A stretch of DNA of 64,000 bases. Origin: an uncultured Gammaproteobacteria bacterium (lineage in GTDB: Bacteria; Patescibacteriota; Patescibacteriia; UBA9934). A program made the translations under genes and the position numbers. Positions 54,564-64,000 of the stretch are shown one piece after another (within the stretch, counting starts at the first letter, position 1; each line of letters begins with the position of its first letter). The notes below the pieces were generated by a model. That model did not search any database. It had not been told where the DNA came from and was given only the letters and a program-made list of their open reading frames with translations. The stretch lies in NCBI GenBank assembly GCA_964452565.1, contig CAYVLY010000001.1:14638-78637 (forward strand), given 5' to 3'.

Positions 54564-55703
54564 ATGACCACAAAATCAAAGAAATTTATTAGTGGCGCGC
54601 AGTCATTGATCGGTGCAGTAATTGGGGTTGGGATCTTTGGATTGCCTTACATTTTTTCGCAAGCAGGTTATGCGATAGGACTTACCCATTTGATTGTTAT
54701 TGGCGCTGTTAGTCTTACAATAGTCTTAGCATATGCTGAGATTGTACTGCATGCTAATGGACATCATCGACTATCTGGAAATGTAGAAGGTTTTTTGGGT
54801 CATTTTTGGGGACATGTCACAAGTATATCCCTATTTGCTGCAAACTGGGGGGCAATGCTTGCTTACATTATTTTGGGCGGAGAGTTTTTACATGCGCTTA
54901 CCGCATGGTTTTTTGGTGGAAGTGTTCTCATATTCCAGTTTGTATTTTTTGCAATCTGTGCCGCAATTTTGATTGGTGGCCTTGGATTTGTTTCACGCAC
55001 AGAATCAATATTTGTGTTTATTCTTATTGCGCTGTTGATTATCATAATCGGTGGCTCAGCACCTTATGTCGATGTCTCAAACTTGATGACAATCGAGCCC
55101 GCGCTTGCTTTTGCACCATTTGGAGTGGTGTTCTTTGCATTTGGTGGAACTGCAACTGTACCAGAAATGAAGGCCATATTGGGGCGACATAAGAGGCTAC
55201 TTAAAAAAGCAATTCTTTTGGCTTTTGGTGTTATAACAGCGGTTTATGTTTTGTTTACTGCGGCGGTTGTGAGTGTGACTGGAAATGATACGACTGAGGA
55301 GGCCATTCTCGGATTAGGAGATTATCTTGGCGATTGGGCAGTAATAGTTGGATCTTTGATAGGATTATTTGCAGTGTTTACAAGCTTCTTGATTCTTGGC
55401 GTGCAAGTGATGGATACGGCAATATACGATTACAAGGCTCGATACATGACTGGATGGGCTTGGGCCATCGCAGCTCCGTTCATTCTTTTTATCGTGGGCG
55501 CACGTGATTTCATTGGAGTAATCGGGTTCACTGGAGGTGTGTTTGGTGTGATTATTGGGTTGGTGGTAGTTTCAATGTACAAGAAGGCTAAAAAGAGTGC
55601 ACTGGCAACTAAGCGAAGATTCACAATCCCAAATTGGCTTTTGAATGTTGTGATTGTAATACTACTTCTAGGTATGGTCTCAACAATTGCAGGTGTGCTA
55701 TAG
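54564..55703 (+). CDS. Amino-acid permease, aromatic amino acid (Mtr/TnaB/TyrP-like) transporter family
   Basis: N-terminal SLIGAVIGVGIFGLPYIFSQAGY. ~11 TM helices. ATG 54564 chosen over GTG 54537 because the promoter motif overlaps the latter. Confidence 0.7.
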   Translation: MTTKSKKFISGAQSLIGAVIGVGIFGLPYIFSQAGYAIGLTHLIVIGAVSLTIVLAYAEIVLHANGHHRLSGNVEGFLGHFWGHVTSISLFAANWGAMLAYIILGGEFLHALTAWFFGGSVLIFQFVFFAICAAILIGGLGFVSRTESIFVFILIALLIIIIGGSAPYVDVSNLMTIEPALAFAPFGVVFFAFGGTATVPEMKAILGRHKRLLKKAILLAFGVITAVYVLFTAAVVSVTGNDTTEEAILGLGDYLGDWAVIVGSLIGLFAVFTSFLILGVQVMDTAIYDYKARYMTGWAWAIAAPFILFIVGARDFIGVIGFTGGVFGVIIGLVVVSMYKKAKKSALATKRRFTIPNWLLNVVIVILLLGMVSTIAGVL

Positions 55704-55757
55704 ATTGACGGCCCAGGTTGTCCATTTCTAAAAACCAAACACCCAGCCACACCCCCT

Positions 55758-55812
55758 CCATCCCGAGCGAGCGGAGACCCGTCCGACGGGTCGGAGCGAG
55801 TCGAGGGATCTC
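55758..55812. repeat. Palindromic repeat, family C-related (catcccgagcgag...gagcgagtcgagggatct)
   Basis: ccatcccgagcgagcggagacccgtc-cga-cgggtcggagcgagtcgagggatctc. A partial partner (agatccctcggcgttgctcgggatgg) lies at 56111-56136 on the other side of the GIY-YIG gene. Confidence 0.65.
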
Positions 55813-56095
55813 AAGTTATATCTTCATACAAATCGCGAAATAGCAGATTCATTTGTCTAATGAGTCTATTTTTCTTTTTCCTACTCCAGCGTTTGATTTG
55901 GTACTCGCGATGGATTGCTTCATTTATATCGTCATATGTCTCGTAATAGATTAACTTGTGTACATTGTATTTTTCAGTAAAACCTTTAACAAAATTATTT
56001 TTGTGTTGATAAACACGTCTAATTAAGTCGGCAGTTGATCCGCAGTACACCACCACATTGTTCTTGTTTGCGAGTATGTAGAAATAGCCTTGCAT
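55811..56095 (-). CDS. GIY-YIG nuclease-domain protein (UPF0213/YhbQ-like), flanked by palindromic repeats
   Basis: YFYILANKNNVVVYCGSTADLIRRVYQHK ... KGFTEKY ... LIYYE ... EYQIKRWSRKKK. Three alternative ATGs sit between 56095 and 56110. Confidence 0.75.
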   Translation of the reverse strand: MQGYFYILANKNNVVVYCGSTADLIRRVYQHKNNFVKGFTEKYNVHKLIYYETYDDINEAIHREYQIKRWSRKKKNRLIRQMNLLFRDLYEDIT

Positions 56096-56166
56096 AGACA
56101 TAAGCTTCAAGAGATCCCTCGGCGTTGCTCGGGATGGAAAGAATTAAGATTAGGACAAAATAAAAA

Positions 56167-56193
56167 CCAGGAACGCGTCCTGGAATTTATTTT
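56167..56193. terminator. Bidirectional terminator hairpin
   Basis: ccaggaacgcgtcctgg flanked by A-run and T-run. Confidence 0.6.
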
Positions 56194-56255
56194 GACATCG
56201 AAAGTTGACTTTCGCCTCGTCCGTAATTATATTTCAGCATCTTGAATCCCCCATG

Positions 56256-56483
56256 TCAATCGTTATTGTGGAGAAGTTTGTTGTATATTTCGTTAAGTAC
56301 GTTTTTGCCAAGGTTCCTGGTTATCCATTCATCCCACTCTCCAGATTTAAACTCCTCATAGCTCATCATCTTGGCGTTATCAGTGTGGCCACTGCCTTGA
56401 TGACTGCCGATGGTTACACTGTTGCGATCGATATGCACGTAATGCGTTGTGTTTCCCTTAACTTTTTCCCAGACACCATTCAT
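56256..56483 (-). CDS. Small hypothetical protein downstream of folD
   Basis: 75 aa. Its start abuts the folD stop (operonic). Confidence 0.45.
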   Translation of the reverse strand: MNGVWEKVKGNTTHYVHIDRNSVTIGSHQGSGHTDNAKMMSYEEFKSGEWDEWITRNLGKNVLNEIYNKLLHNND

Positions 56484-56484
56484 A

Positions 56485-57312
56485 CTATTTCTGCATCTCA
56501 GCTGCCTCGGTAACGTTCTTTAAAAGAAATGCAACTGTAAGCGGCCCAACACCTCCTGGAACTGGACTTATAAAACCTGCAATGTCGTGAGTATCTTCTG
56601 CAACATCGCCGACATTCTTCCCGTCTTTCTTATTAGTACCAACATCGATAATTATTGCACCCTCTTTGACCATGTCAACTTTCACGAAGTCGGCTTCACC
56701 AACAGCTACTACGATTATATCTGCTGCACGAGTCTTACTAGCTAGAGCAGATTCATCTTTTCCAAAACGCTGAGATTCTATCTTATTTTCACTAAGAAGT
56801 ACTTTTATCGGTTCTGCAAAGATATCGCTATTACTGATAATCACAGCCTGCTTTCCTTCAAGTGGTTGATGGCTAGCTTTGATCAATTTTTCGATCGCGA
56901 GCGCTACAGGCGGAAAAATGGCCTCGTCTTTTTTACCCCAACGTGTTTTGTTCTCATCATGAAAGCCGTCAATGTCTTTTTTAGGGTCAAGCGCCGCAAT
57001 TATTTTATCTTCATCCTGATTTGGAAGAGGGAACTGTACAAGTATTCCATGAATATCATCGCGATCATTAAGTTCTTTGATTTGATCAATGAGTTCTCCA
57101 TTGCTCACATTCTCATCAAACTCAAAACGTTCAAAGTACATTCCAACCTCTTTAGCTGCTTTTTCTTTCAGTAATACATACAGCTTTGACGCTGGATTAT
57201 TGCCAACCAAAATAGCTGCAAGTCCCAATGGCTTATCATGCTTCTTTATTTCCTTTGCAACCTTGTCGCGGATTGTTTGTGCTAATTGTTTTCCTTGTAA
57301 TATTTCGGACAT
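56485..57312 (-). CDS. folD: Bifunctional methylenetetrahydrofolate dehydrogenase/cyclohydrolase
   Basis: LAAILVGNNPASKLYV..K, GILVQFPLP, and C-terminal dinucleotide fold GRSKIVG-like region. Confidence 0.9.
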   Translation of the reverse strand: MSEILQGKQLAQTIRDKVAKEIKKHDKPLGLAAILVGNNPASKLYVLLKEKAAKEVGMYFERFEFDENVSNGELIDQIKELNDRDDIHGILVQFPLPNQDEDKIIAALDPKKDIDGFHDENKTRWGKKDEAIFPPVALAIEKLIKASHQPLEGKQAVIISNSDIFAEPIKVLLSENKIESQRFGKDESALASKTRAADIIVVAVGEADFVKVDMVKEGAIIIDVGTNKKDGKNVGDVAEDTHDIAGFISPVPGGVGPLTVAFLLKNVTEAAEMQK

Positions 57313-57313
57313 A

Positions 57314-58555
57314 CTAGTATTTAAGCTCTGGATATAGCGGGAACTTATCTGTTAGTTCTTTAACCGCAGAGCGAATACTAGCAAGTTTCTCTGTATTTTG
57401 CCAGTCTGTAATAGCTTCATCGATCCATCCTGCTATCTGTTTCATTTCTTCTTCTTTAAGACCGCGAGTAGTAATCGCGGGTGTTCCAAGCCGAATCCCA
57501 GAAGGATCCATTGGTGAACGTGGGTCATCTGGGATCATGTTTTTGTTAACTGTGATACCAGCTTCATCAAGCGCATGTTCAGCCTCGGCTCCTGATAAGT
57601 TCTTATTTGATACATCGATCAAAAGCAGATGATTATCAGTTCCGCCAAACATAAGCCTGTAGTCACGCGATCGAAGTTCTTCTTCAAGGACCTTGGCATT
57701 CTTCCGGATCTGAGCTGCATATTCTTTGAAAGACGGATCGAGGATCTCTTTAAATGCAACTGCTTTGGCAGCAATCACATTCTCATGGGGTCCGCCTTGA
57801 AGTCCAGGGAACACAGCTTTGTTCACAGCCTTTGCATGTTTTTTCTTACACATAATCATTCCACCACGTGGACCACGCAATGTTTTATGTGTTGTTGTTG
57901 TGACAACATCAAATATTGGCACTGGATTGTCCATCTCACCTCCAGCAATCAATCCAGCAATGTGTGCAATGTCTGCCATTGTGTAAGCACTAACCTCGTC
58001 TGCTATTTTTTTGATCTTTTCGTATTCAATCTCGCGAGAGTAAGCAGAGTAGCCAACAAGTACCAGCTTAGGCTTATGTTCTTGTGCAATCTCGCGCAAG
58101 TTATCAAGATCGATCAATCCTTCGGCATCTGTTTTGTATCGAACAAAGTTGTAGATTTTCGAAGATTGAGTTACTGGATGTCCGTGGGTTAAATGCCCAC
58201 CATGCGAGAGGTCCATTCCTAAAACAGTATCTCCAGGTTTGAGTAATGCTTCGTAAGCAGCGATGTTTGCTGGTGCTCCTGAAAGCGGCTGCACATTAAC
58301 ATGTTCAGCGCTAAAGATTTGTTTCGCGCGATCAATTGCAAGTGACTCAAGTGTATCAATGTGTATACACCCACCATAATAGCGTTTTCCAGGATAGCCT
58401 TCTGAGTATTTGTTTGTTGCAACAGATCCAAGTGCTTCGAGCACAGCCTCACTGACAAAGTTTTCTGACGGAATCATCTCAAGCCCTTCACGCTGTCTCC
58501 CAAGTTCACATTCAAGCGCGGTCGCAACATCAATATCGTAGTTTCGTAGTTTCAT
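57314..58555 (-). CDS. glyA: Serine hydroxymethyltransferase
   Basis: LEMIPSENFVSEAVLEALGSVATNKYSEGYPGKRYYGGC and PLP site TTTTHKTLRGPRGG. Confidence 0.9.
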   Translation of the reverse strand: MKLRNYDIDVATALECELGRQREGLEMIPSENFVSEAVLEALGSVATNKYSEGYPGKRYYGGCIHIDTLESLAIDRAKQIFSAEHVNVQPLSGAPANIAAYEALLKPGDTVLGMDLSHGGHLTHGHPVTQSSKIYNFVRYKTDAEGLIDLDNLREIAQEHKPKLVLVGYSAYSREIEYEKIKKIADEVSAYTMADIAHIAGLIAGGEMDNPVPIFDVVTTTTHKTLRGPRGGMIMCKKKHAKAVNKAVFPGLQGGPHENVIAAKAVAFKEILDPSFKEYAAQIRKNAKVLEEELRSRDYRLMFGGTDNHLLLIDVSNKNLSGAEAEHALDEAGITVNKNMIPDDPRSPMDPSGIRLGTPAITTRGLKEEEMKQIAGWIDEAITDWQNTEKLASIRSAVKELTDKFPLYPELKY

Positions 58556-58726
58556 AAATAAAATTATCGGTCAGCTAAGTCCAATAGGACCAGTAGGACC
58601 AGTGAATCAAGTAGATCAGATAGAAGTCGGATCACGTTGCATAATGAACTTATTGTACCTTCTGATCTTTCATTGTCCAACTCCCGGTGTTGGACAGAAC
58701 AGAAATCTGCTAAAATAGAGATAGAT

Positions 58727-60046
58727 ATGATGAATGCGAAAAAGGTACATATTATTGGGCTCGGTGGCATTGGAACGTCTGCTGTAGCTCGTTTATTTTT
58801 GGCTAAGGGTGCTAAGGTTAGTGGCTCTGACGTTGATCAAAGTTCTATCATCGATGATCTGCAGAATGAAGGGGTTGAGTTTCGTCTTGGGCACTTTGCG
58901 GAGAATGTTCCGCGCGAGTGTGATTTGGTTGTGTATTCACGTGCAGTTCCAGCTGACAATGTTGAGCGTCAGATTGTATTTGAGCGTTCGATTAGGGAGT
59001 TTTCATATCCTGAGTTCTTGGGAGAGTTTGCAAAAACAAAAAAGACAATTGCTGTGAGTGGGACAAATGGAAAAAGTACAACAACGGCGATGATAGCATC
59101 GATCCTCATCGAAGCGGGTTTAGATCCAACTGCAATAGTTGGGACACAGGTTCCAGGATGGGAAAAGCACAACTTACAAATCGGTGAGTCAGAATGGTTT
59201 GTAGTTGAGGCATGTGAACACATGGCGAGCATGCTTGAAATTACACCTGACATTGCTGTGATCACAAACATTGCTGAGGATCATCTTGACTTTTATTCTG
59301 ATCTTGATCAGATTGTCGATACGTTTCAAAAGTGGGCATCAAGCATTGAGCCTGGAGGCACATGCGTATTGAACGCGCAGGATAAGGAATCGCAGAAGAT
59401 AAAATTCGATCAAATTATTAAGTTCGAAGTTGGAGATCGTCACATAGACGGTGAGCATCAATCATTCATGGTTGACGGTGATCCGTACAAGCTTATGATC
59501 CCTGGTGACTTTAACGCACAGAATGCAGCAGCAGCTATCATGGCAGCAAAGCACATTGGCGTATCAGCTGGAGTTTGCGCGCAGGCTTTGGAGAAGTTTA
59601 AAGGCACGTGGCGGCGATTTGAATACTTGGGAGTTTGGCAGGATGCTGATATATACTCTGACTATGCCCATCATCCAGAGGCTGTTCGGGGTGCTATTGA
59701 GGCTTTTAGAGAGGCTTATCCACAACGTCGAATTGTTTTAGTTTTTGAACCGCATCAGCAGTCAAGGACTCAGGAGTTGTTTGATGATTTTGTGAAATGC
59801 TTTGATGGTGTGCAGGAATTAGTATTATCGGAAATCTACGAAGTTGAGGGCCGTAATGAGGATGATAAGATTTCATCAAAAGATCTGGCTGATAAGATCG
59901 AAGCCCGCAGATCGATACCACATGTACATTTCGCCCAGGATCACGATGCAGCTGAAAAGATTTTGGCTGACCGAGTACAACCAAACGACCTTGTAATAAT
60001 CATGGGCGCAGGTGACATTGATAATTTAGCTCGTAAGTTGGTTTAG
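58727..60046 (+). CDS. murC: UDP-N-acetylmuramate--L-alanine ligase
   Basis: VHIIGLGGIGTSAVARLF, GTNGKSTTTAMIA (P-loop), C-terminal Mur ligase domain. ATG 58727 chosen; the ORF track starts at 58637. Confidence 0.85.
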   Translation: MMNAKKVHIIGLGGIGTSAVARLFLAKGAKVSGSDVDQSSIIDDLQNEGVEFRLGHFAENVPRECDLVVYSRAVPADNVERQIVFERSIREFSYPEFLGEFAKTKKTIAVSGTNGKSTTTAMIASILIEAGLDPTAIVGTQVPGWEKHNLQIGESEWFVVEACEHMASMLEITPDIAVITNIAEDHLDFYSDLDQIVDTFQKWASSIEPGGTCVLNAQDKESQKIKFDQIIKFEVGDRHIDGEHQSFMVDGDPYKLMIPGDFNAQNAAAAIMAAKHIGVSAGVCAQALEKFKGTWRRFEYLGVWQDADIYSDYAHHPEAVRGAIEAFREAYPQRRIVLVFEPHQQSRTQELFDDFVKCFDGVQELVLSEIYEVEGRNEDDKISSKDLADKIEARRSIPHVHFAQDHDAAEKILADRVQPNDLVIIMGAGDIDNLARKLV

Positions 60047-60047
60047 T

Positions 60048-61010
60048 ATGACTGAAGAATTAAAAGAAATTTTTGGTGATCGATTGCTTGAAAACGAGCC
60101 ACTCTCAAAGCACTTGGTTTTCCGTGTTGGTGGGCCTGCAAAGTGGTTTGCTACAGCAGAGAGTGTTGATGAGGTGAAGGCTGCAATCGATCTGTGCCGT
60201 GAGAACAGTATACATTGGGAGATCCTTGGCGGAGGATCAAACGCAATTGCAAGCGATGAGGGTTATGATGGACTTGTAATGAAGATCGGCATGATGGGAG
60301 TCCAGATCGATAATTCAACTGCCACAGTTGATGCAGGTATGCCCTCAGTTGCATTGGCGCGGCAGATGGCCGATCAAGGACTCTCAGGTCTTGAATGGAT
60401 GGTGTCTCTTCCTGGAACTGTTGGAGGAGCTATTCGTGGTAATGCTGGATGCTTTGGTGGCGAAATAAAGGATAGTATAAAAAAAGTCACAGTATTGCGT
60501 GATGGTGAGATAGTCGAGGTTGATACAAAAGATTTACAGTTTGGTTATAGGCATTCGTTCTTTAAAGAGCATGAGAATCGTGATGTCATTCTAAGAGCAG
60601 CTTTCAAGCTTCAAAAGGATGAACCAATGATGATCAAAGAGCGCATGCACGTAATTCTCGACAAGCGCAAGGATTCACAGCCCATAGCTTCAGGAACTGC
60701 TGGATGTACGTTTAAGAATTTCGAAATACCGAGTGATAAAGAGCGAATGCGGCTTGAGGATGAGACTGAAATTCCTACTCAGATGCTTGATTCTGGTCGT
60801 GTTAGTGCTGGCTGGCTGGTAGATCAACAAAACCTGAAAGGAACAAAGATTGGCGGAGCGCATATTAGTGAAGATCATGCCAACTTCATCATTAATGATG
60901 GGTCAGCAAAAGCTGACGATGTTCTTCAGCTAATATCATTAATGAAAACCAAAGTTCGTAACGCTTATGGCATCCAGCTGGATGAGGAGATCCAATATAT
61001 TGGGTTTTAG
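60048..61010 (+). CDS. murB: UDP-N-acetylenolpyruvoylglucosamine reductase
   Basis: FAD-binding FRVGGPAKWF ... ILGGGSN, C-terminal MurB domain. Confidence 0.85.
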   Translation: MTEELKEIFGDRLLENEPLSKHLVFRVGGPAKWFATAESVDEVKAAIDLCRENSIHWEILGGGSNAIASDEGYDGLVMKIGMMGVQIDNSTATVDAGMPSVALARQMADQGLSGLEWMVSLPGTVGGAIRGNAGCFGGEIKDSIKKVTVLRDGEIVEVDTKDLQFGYRHSFFKEHENRDVILRAAFKLQKDEPMMIKERMHVILDKRKDSQPIASGTAGCTFKNFEIPSDKERMRLEDETEIPTQMLDSGRVSAGWLVDQQNLKGTKIGGAHISEDHANFIINDGSAKADDVLQLISLMKTKVRNAYGIQLDEEIQYIGF

Positions 61011-61018
61011 ATAATTAC

Positions 61019-61106
61019 AGGCAACCACCCCCAGCCCCTCCTTGGGAAGGAGGGGAAATTCGATCAAAGTCCTCCCCATTCCCAAGGGGGAGATAGAGGG
61101 GGTTGC
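61019..61106. repeat. Nested palindromic element, family D (SD/anti-SD-type hairpins inside an outer inverted repeat)
   Basis: ggcaaccaccccc-[cccctcctt-ggg-aaggagggg]-...-[ctcccc-attcccaa-ggggag]-...-gggggttgcc. Confidence 0.65.
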
Positions 61107-61154
61107 CATTTAGAATAAACATCTTAAACATTTCAACACTTAAACAATCATCAT

Positions 61155-61466
61155 ATGCGAATTACACAAATTAACGGAACAAACCTAGAGCTTACGCAAG
61201 CAATCAAGGATTATGTAGAAAAGCGATTGTTTAAACTGGAAAAGTTTGCACAAGGTATAGAGCCATGCGACTGTGCTGCTGACGTTGGAAAAACAACTGC
61301 TGGACAACAAAAGGGGCGCATCTTTCGTGCTGAGTTCAACCTAACAGTTCCAGGAACTCTTTTGAGAGCTGAGGAGGTAGAGGAAGATCTGTATGCAGCG
61401 ATCGACGGTGCAACTGATCAGCTTGCGCGGCAGATTAAAGCATATAAGGAGAAGCTCCAGGGATAG
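61155..61466 (+). CDS. hpf: Ribosome hibernation-promoting factor / RaiA (short form)
   Basis: MRITQINGTNLELTQAIKDYVEKRLFKLEKF ... EDLYAAIDGATDQLARQIKAYKEKL. Confidence 0.8.
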   Translation: MRITQINGTNLELTQAIKDYVEKRLFKLEKFAQGIEPCDCAADVGKTTAGQQKGRIFRAEFNLTVPGTLLRAEEVEEDLYAAIDGATDQLARQIKAYKEKLQG

Positions 61467-61504
61467 TTATAGAACATAGGGCATAGATTGGGACTGGTGC
61501 ATCA

Positions 61505-61583
61505 TTTTCCATCCCGAGCGTAGCCGAGGGATCTCCCTGCCTGCCGGCAGGCAGGTCGATTCGCTTCGCTCTCTCGAAATGGA
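61505..61583. repeat. Nested palindromic element combining family-C arm (catcccgagcg...cgagggatct) and family-B core (cctgcctgccggcaggcagg)
   Basis: ttccatcccgagcgtagccgagggatctc-cctgcctgccggcaggcagg-...-ctctcgaaatggaa. Confidence 0.65.
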
Positions 61584-61649
61584 AGTGTGGGTCAGTCTTT
61601 TTGAATCAAGCCTTGAAAAAAAGGCGTAAATAAGGCAGAATGCGAATGA

Positions 61650-64000
61650 TATGAACAAAGTTTTAACCAAGATTTTTGGCGATCCAAACGTTAAGATCCT
61701 CAAAAAGCTCAAAAGTGATACAGAAAAGGTGAATGCTCTCGAGGAGAGCATTTCTAAGCTTAGTGATGACGAGCTTAAGGCAAAGACTGCAGAGTTTAAG
61801 TCAAAGCTTGAGGCCGGGGCCAAACTTGAAGATATTCAGTATGAGGCTTTTGCGGTTGTTCGGGCAGCTGCACAGCGAACAATCAAACAGCGTCACTATG
61901 ATGTGCAAATCATTGGTGGAATGGCACTGCACCGTGGAATGATCGCTGAGATGCGTACTGGTGAGGGTAAGACTCTTACGTCAACATGTTCGATCTATCT
62001 TAATGCGCTTGAAGGCAAAGGCGCACATGTCATTACGGTAAACGACTATCTTGCCAAGCGCGACACTGTCTGGATGGGACAGATTTTTCATTTTCTAGGA
62101 CTTTCTATTGGATGCATTCAGCAAGAGAGTGGATATCTTTATGACGAAGGATTTACAGCTGATGCACAAGAGGAAGAAGAGCTGGATGAAGAGCGCGATG
62201 CAACTGGATCGTTCAAAGTTCAGATGGATTACTTGCGACCAGCGGAACGATCAGACGCTTACAACGCAGACGTTACATATGGAACAAACAACCAGTTTGG
62301 TTTTGATTACTTGCGCGACAACATGGCAATGGATCTAAAGCAAAAGGTTCAGCGTGATCTTCACTATGCAATCATCGATGAGGTTGATTCAATTTTGATT
62401 GATGAGGCGCGTACACCTTTGATCATCTCGGCTCCAGCTGAAGAGTCAGCTGATTTGTATTATCGGTTTTCACATATCGTGTTAGGGCTTAAGGAAAATT
62501 TAGACTATAACCTTGATGAAAAACTTCGAGTTGCAACTTTCACAGAGGCTGGGTTCAAGAAGGTTGAAGAACGTTTAGGAATCGAAAACCTGTACGCCGA
62601 GGGCTTGCAGATGATTCACCATGCCGAACAAGCGCTTAAAGCTTATGTGCTTTTCAAAAAGGATAAGCATTATGTTGTTGCAGACGGTGAGGTGAAAATC
62701 GTGGACGAGTTTACTGGTCGAATCCTTGAGGGTCGACGATACTCAGAGGGTCTACATCAGGCCATTGAGGCTAAAGAGGGTGTTGATATCAAAAAAGAAA
62801 GTCGAACACTGGCGACGATCACTTTCCAGAACTACTTCAGAATGTACAGAAAGTTGGCTGGAATGACTGGTACTGCTGAGACTGAAGCAGAGGAGTTTGC
62901 AAAGATTTACAACCTAGACGTTGCAGTTGTTCCAACAAATCGTGAGATTCGACGAAAAGACTCTGTGGATAAGATTTTTAAGACTGAAAAGGGTAAGTTT
63001 TTGGCTGTTGTTGAGGAGATAAAGCGGTTAAGAGAGACTGGTCAGCCGGTTTTGGTCGGAACTGCATCTATCGAAAAGAACGAACTTCTTGACCAGCTTC
63101 TTACTAAGGCTGGAGTTCCACATGCAGCATTGAATGCTAAGAACCATGAAGGTGAGGCGCAGATCATTGCACAGGCTGGTAAAAAAAGCGCTGTGACTCT
63201 AGCTACCAATATGGCTGGTCGTGGTGTGGATATTATTCTTGGTGGAAATCCTTGCACAAAAGAAGAGCAGAGTTCGATCAAAGACTTTGGAGGTTTGCAT
63301 GTTTTAGGAACTGAGCGTCATGAGTCTAGGCGCATCGACAATCAGTTGCGTGGACGATCTGGTCGTCAAGGTGACCCGGGAAGTACACAGTTCTTTGTAT
63401 CCCTCGAAGATGATCTAATGCGTATCTTTGCATCTGATCGAGTCAAAAAGATGATGGATACATTCCAGATTGATGAGACAACACCAATTGAAAGTAAGAT
63501 GATCACTCGCTCGATCGAAAAGGCACAGGAACGCGTCGAAGGTCAGCACTTTGATACTCGTAAGCATGTTCTTGAATACGACGATGTTCTGAACCGTCAC
63601 CGCATGCATGTTTACAACTGGCGTGATCGAGTTCTTGAGCATGCGCAAGGATCAGAGGATGCGATTCTTGAAATGATTGAAGATGAAGTAGAGCGCGTGG
63701 TTTATTTCCACACAGAGCCAAAAACTAAGGCTGATGTGCCAGATCAGTTTAAGGATGCAAAGCAAGATGAAAAGAAGCAGGGTGACTGGGATCCAAAAGA
63801 GATTGTCGAAAGCCTTGTTACAATACTGCCAGTCGACGGTAAGTTTGAAGAGCTTGTGAGGACCGAGTTCGCAACACGTGAAAAGGATCAGCTGGTTCTA
63901 GCTGGCAAGCGAACTAAAGTTATCGAAGCCTTCATGATGCTTGCTAAGGCGCGATTGAATGAGCTCAAAGAGCAGATCGAGGAAGAAGAGAAGTATCACC
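61650..64000 (+). CDS. secA: Preprotein translocase ATPase SecA, 3' partial (runs off window)
   Basis: [19 protein letters not shown]...[25 protein letters not shown] (Walker A), ...[11 protein letters not shown]...[12 protein letters not shown]. Absent from the ORF track because no stop occurs before 64000. Confidence 0.9.

Overview
This 64 kb window looks like a gene-dense, ~40-45% GC bacterial chromosome segment consistent with a CPR/Patescibacteria-like organism (lineage assigned from gene content only, no phylogenetic marker analysed).

**Main content**
- A complete type IV pilus (T4P) locus spans 13.7-24.5 kb: response-regulator receivers, pilB, a pilC with a C-terminal SH3b fusion, six pilin-like genes (four pseudopilins, one of them an 808-aa giant with internal tandem repeats, plus two tandem major pilins), pilD, and a divergent GGDEF diguanylate cyclase.
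- A 2393-aa surface giant (LTD, CarboxypepD_reg and FN3 modules, an acidic linker and a C-terminal module) sits at 1.0-8.2 kb. Three tandem 680-715-aa paralogs at 37.4-43.8 kb share that ~150-aa C-terminal module and show recent gene conversion between two copies.
- Housekeeping genes: rpmB, rplU, recR, ybaB, dnaB, folD, glyA, murC, murB, hpf, secA (3' partial), uvrD/pcrA, ugd, tgt, a ClpC-like ATPase, HU, zupT, a WecA/MraY-family transferase, an LCP protein and a GT28-like glycosyltransferase.
- No rRNA, tRNA or CRISPR array was found.

**Noteworthy features**
- Several families of short GC-rich palindromic (MITE/REP-like) elements are scattered through the window. Two copies are inserted in-frame into coding sequences: ugd and a pilin-like gene.
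- Discrete ~58-60% GC islands carry lineage-orphan ORFs. The clearest lies at 30.4-32.8 kb. It is organised as repeated modules of promoter + conserved leader, a variable ORF, and a terminator plus a ~130-bp palindromic 3' element. This resembles a promoter-bearing gene-cassette array; no integrase is visible in the window.
- Other candidates are a single-gene insertion bracketed by inverted, identical terminator hairpins between rplU and recR, a Pol-beta nucleotidyltransferase/cupin pair, and a DUF559/Vsr-like nuclease next to an ATP-cone+PD-(D/E)xK nuclease behind a duplicated SD-sequestering hairpin leader.

All functional calls are from motif recognition by eye. No database search was run.
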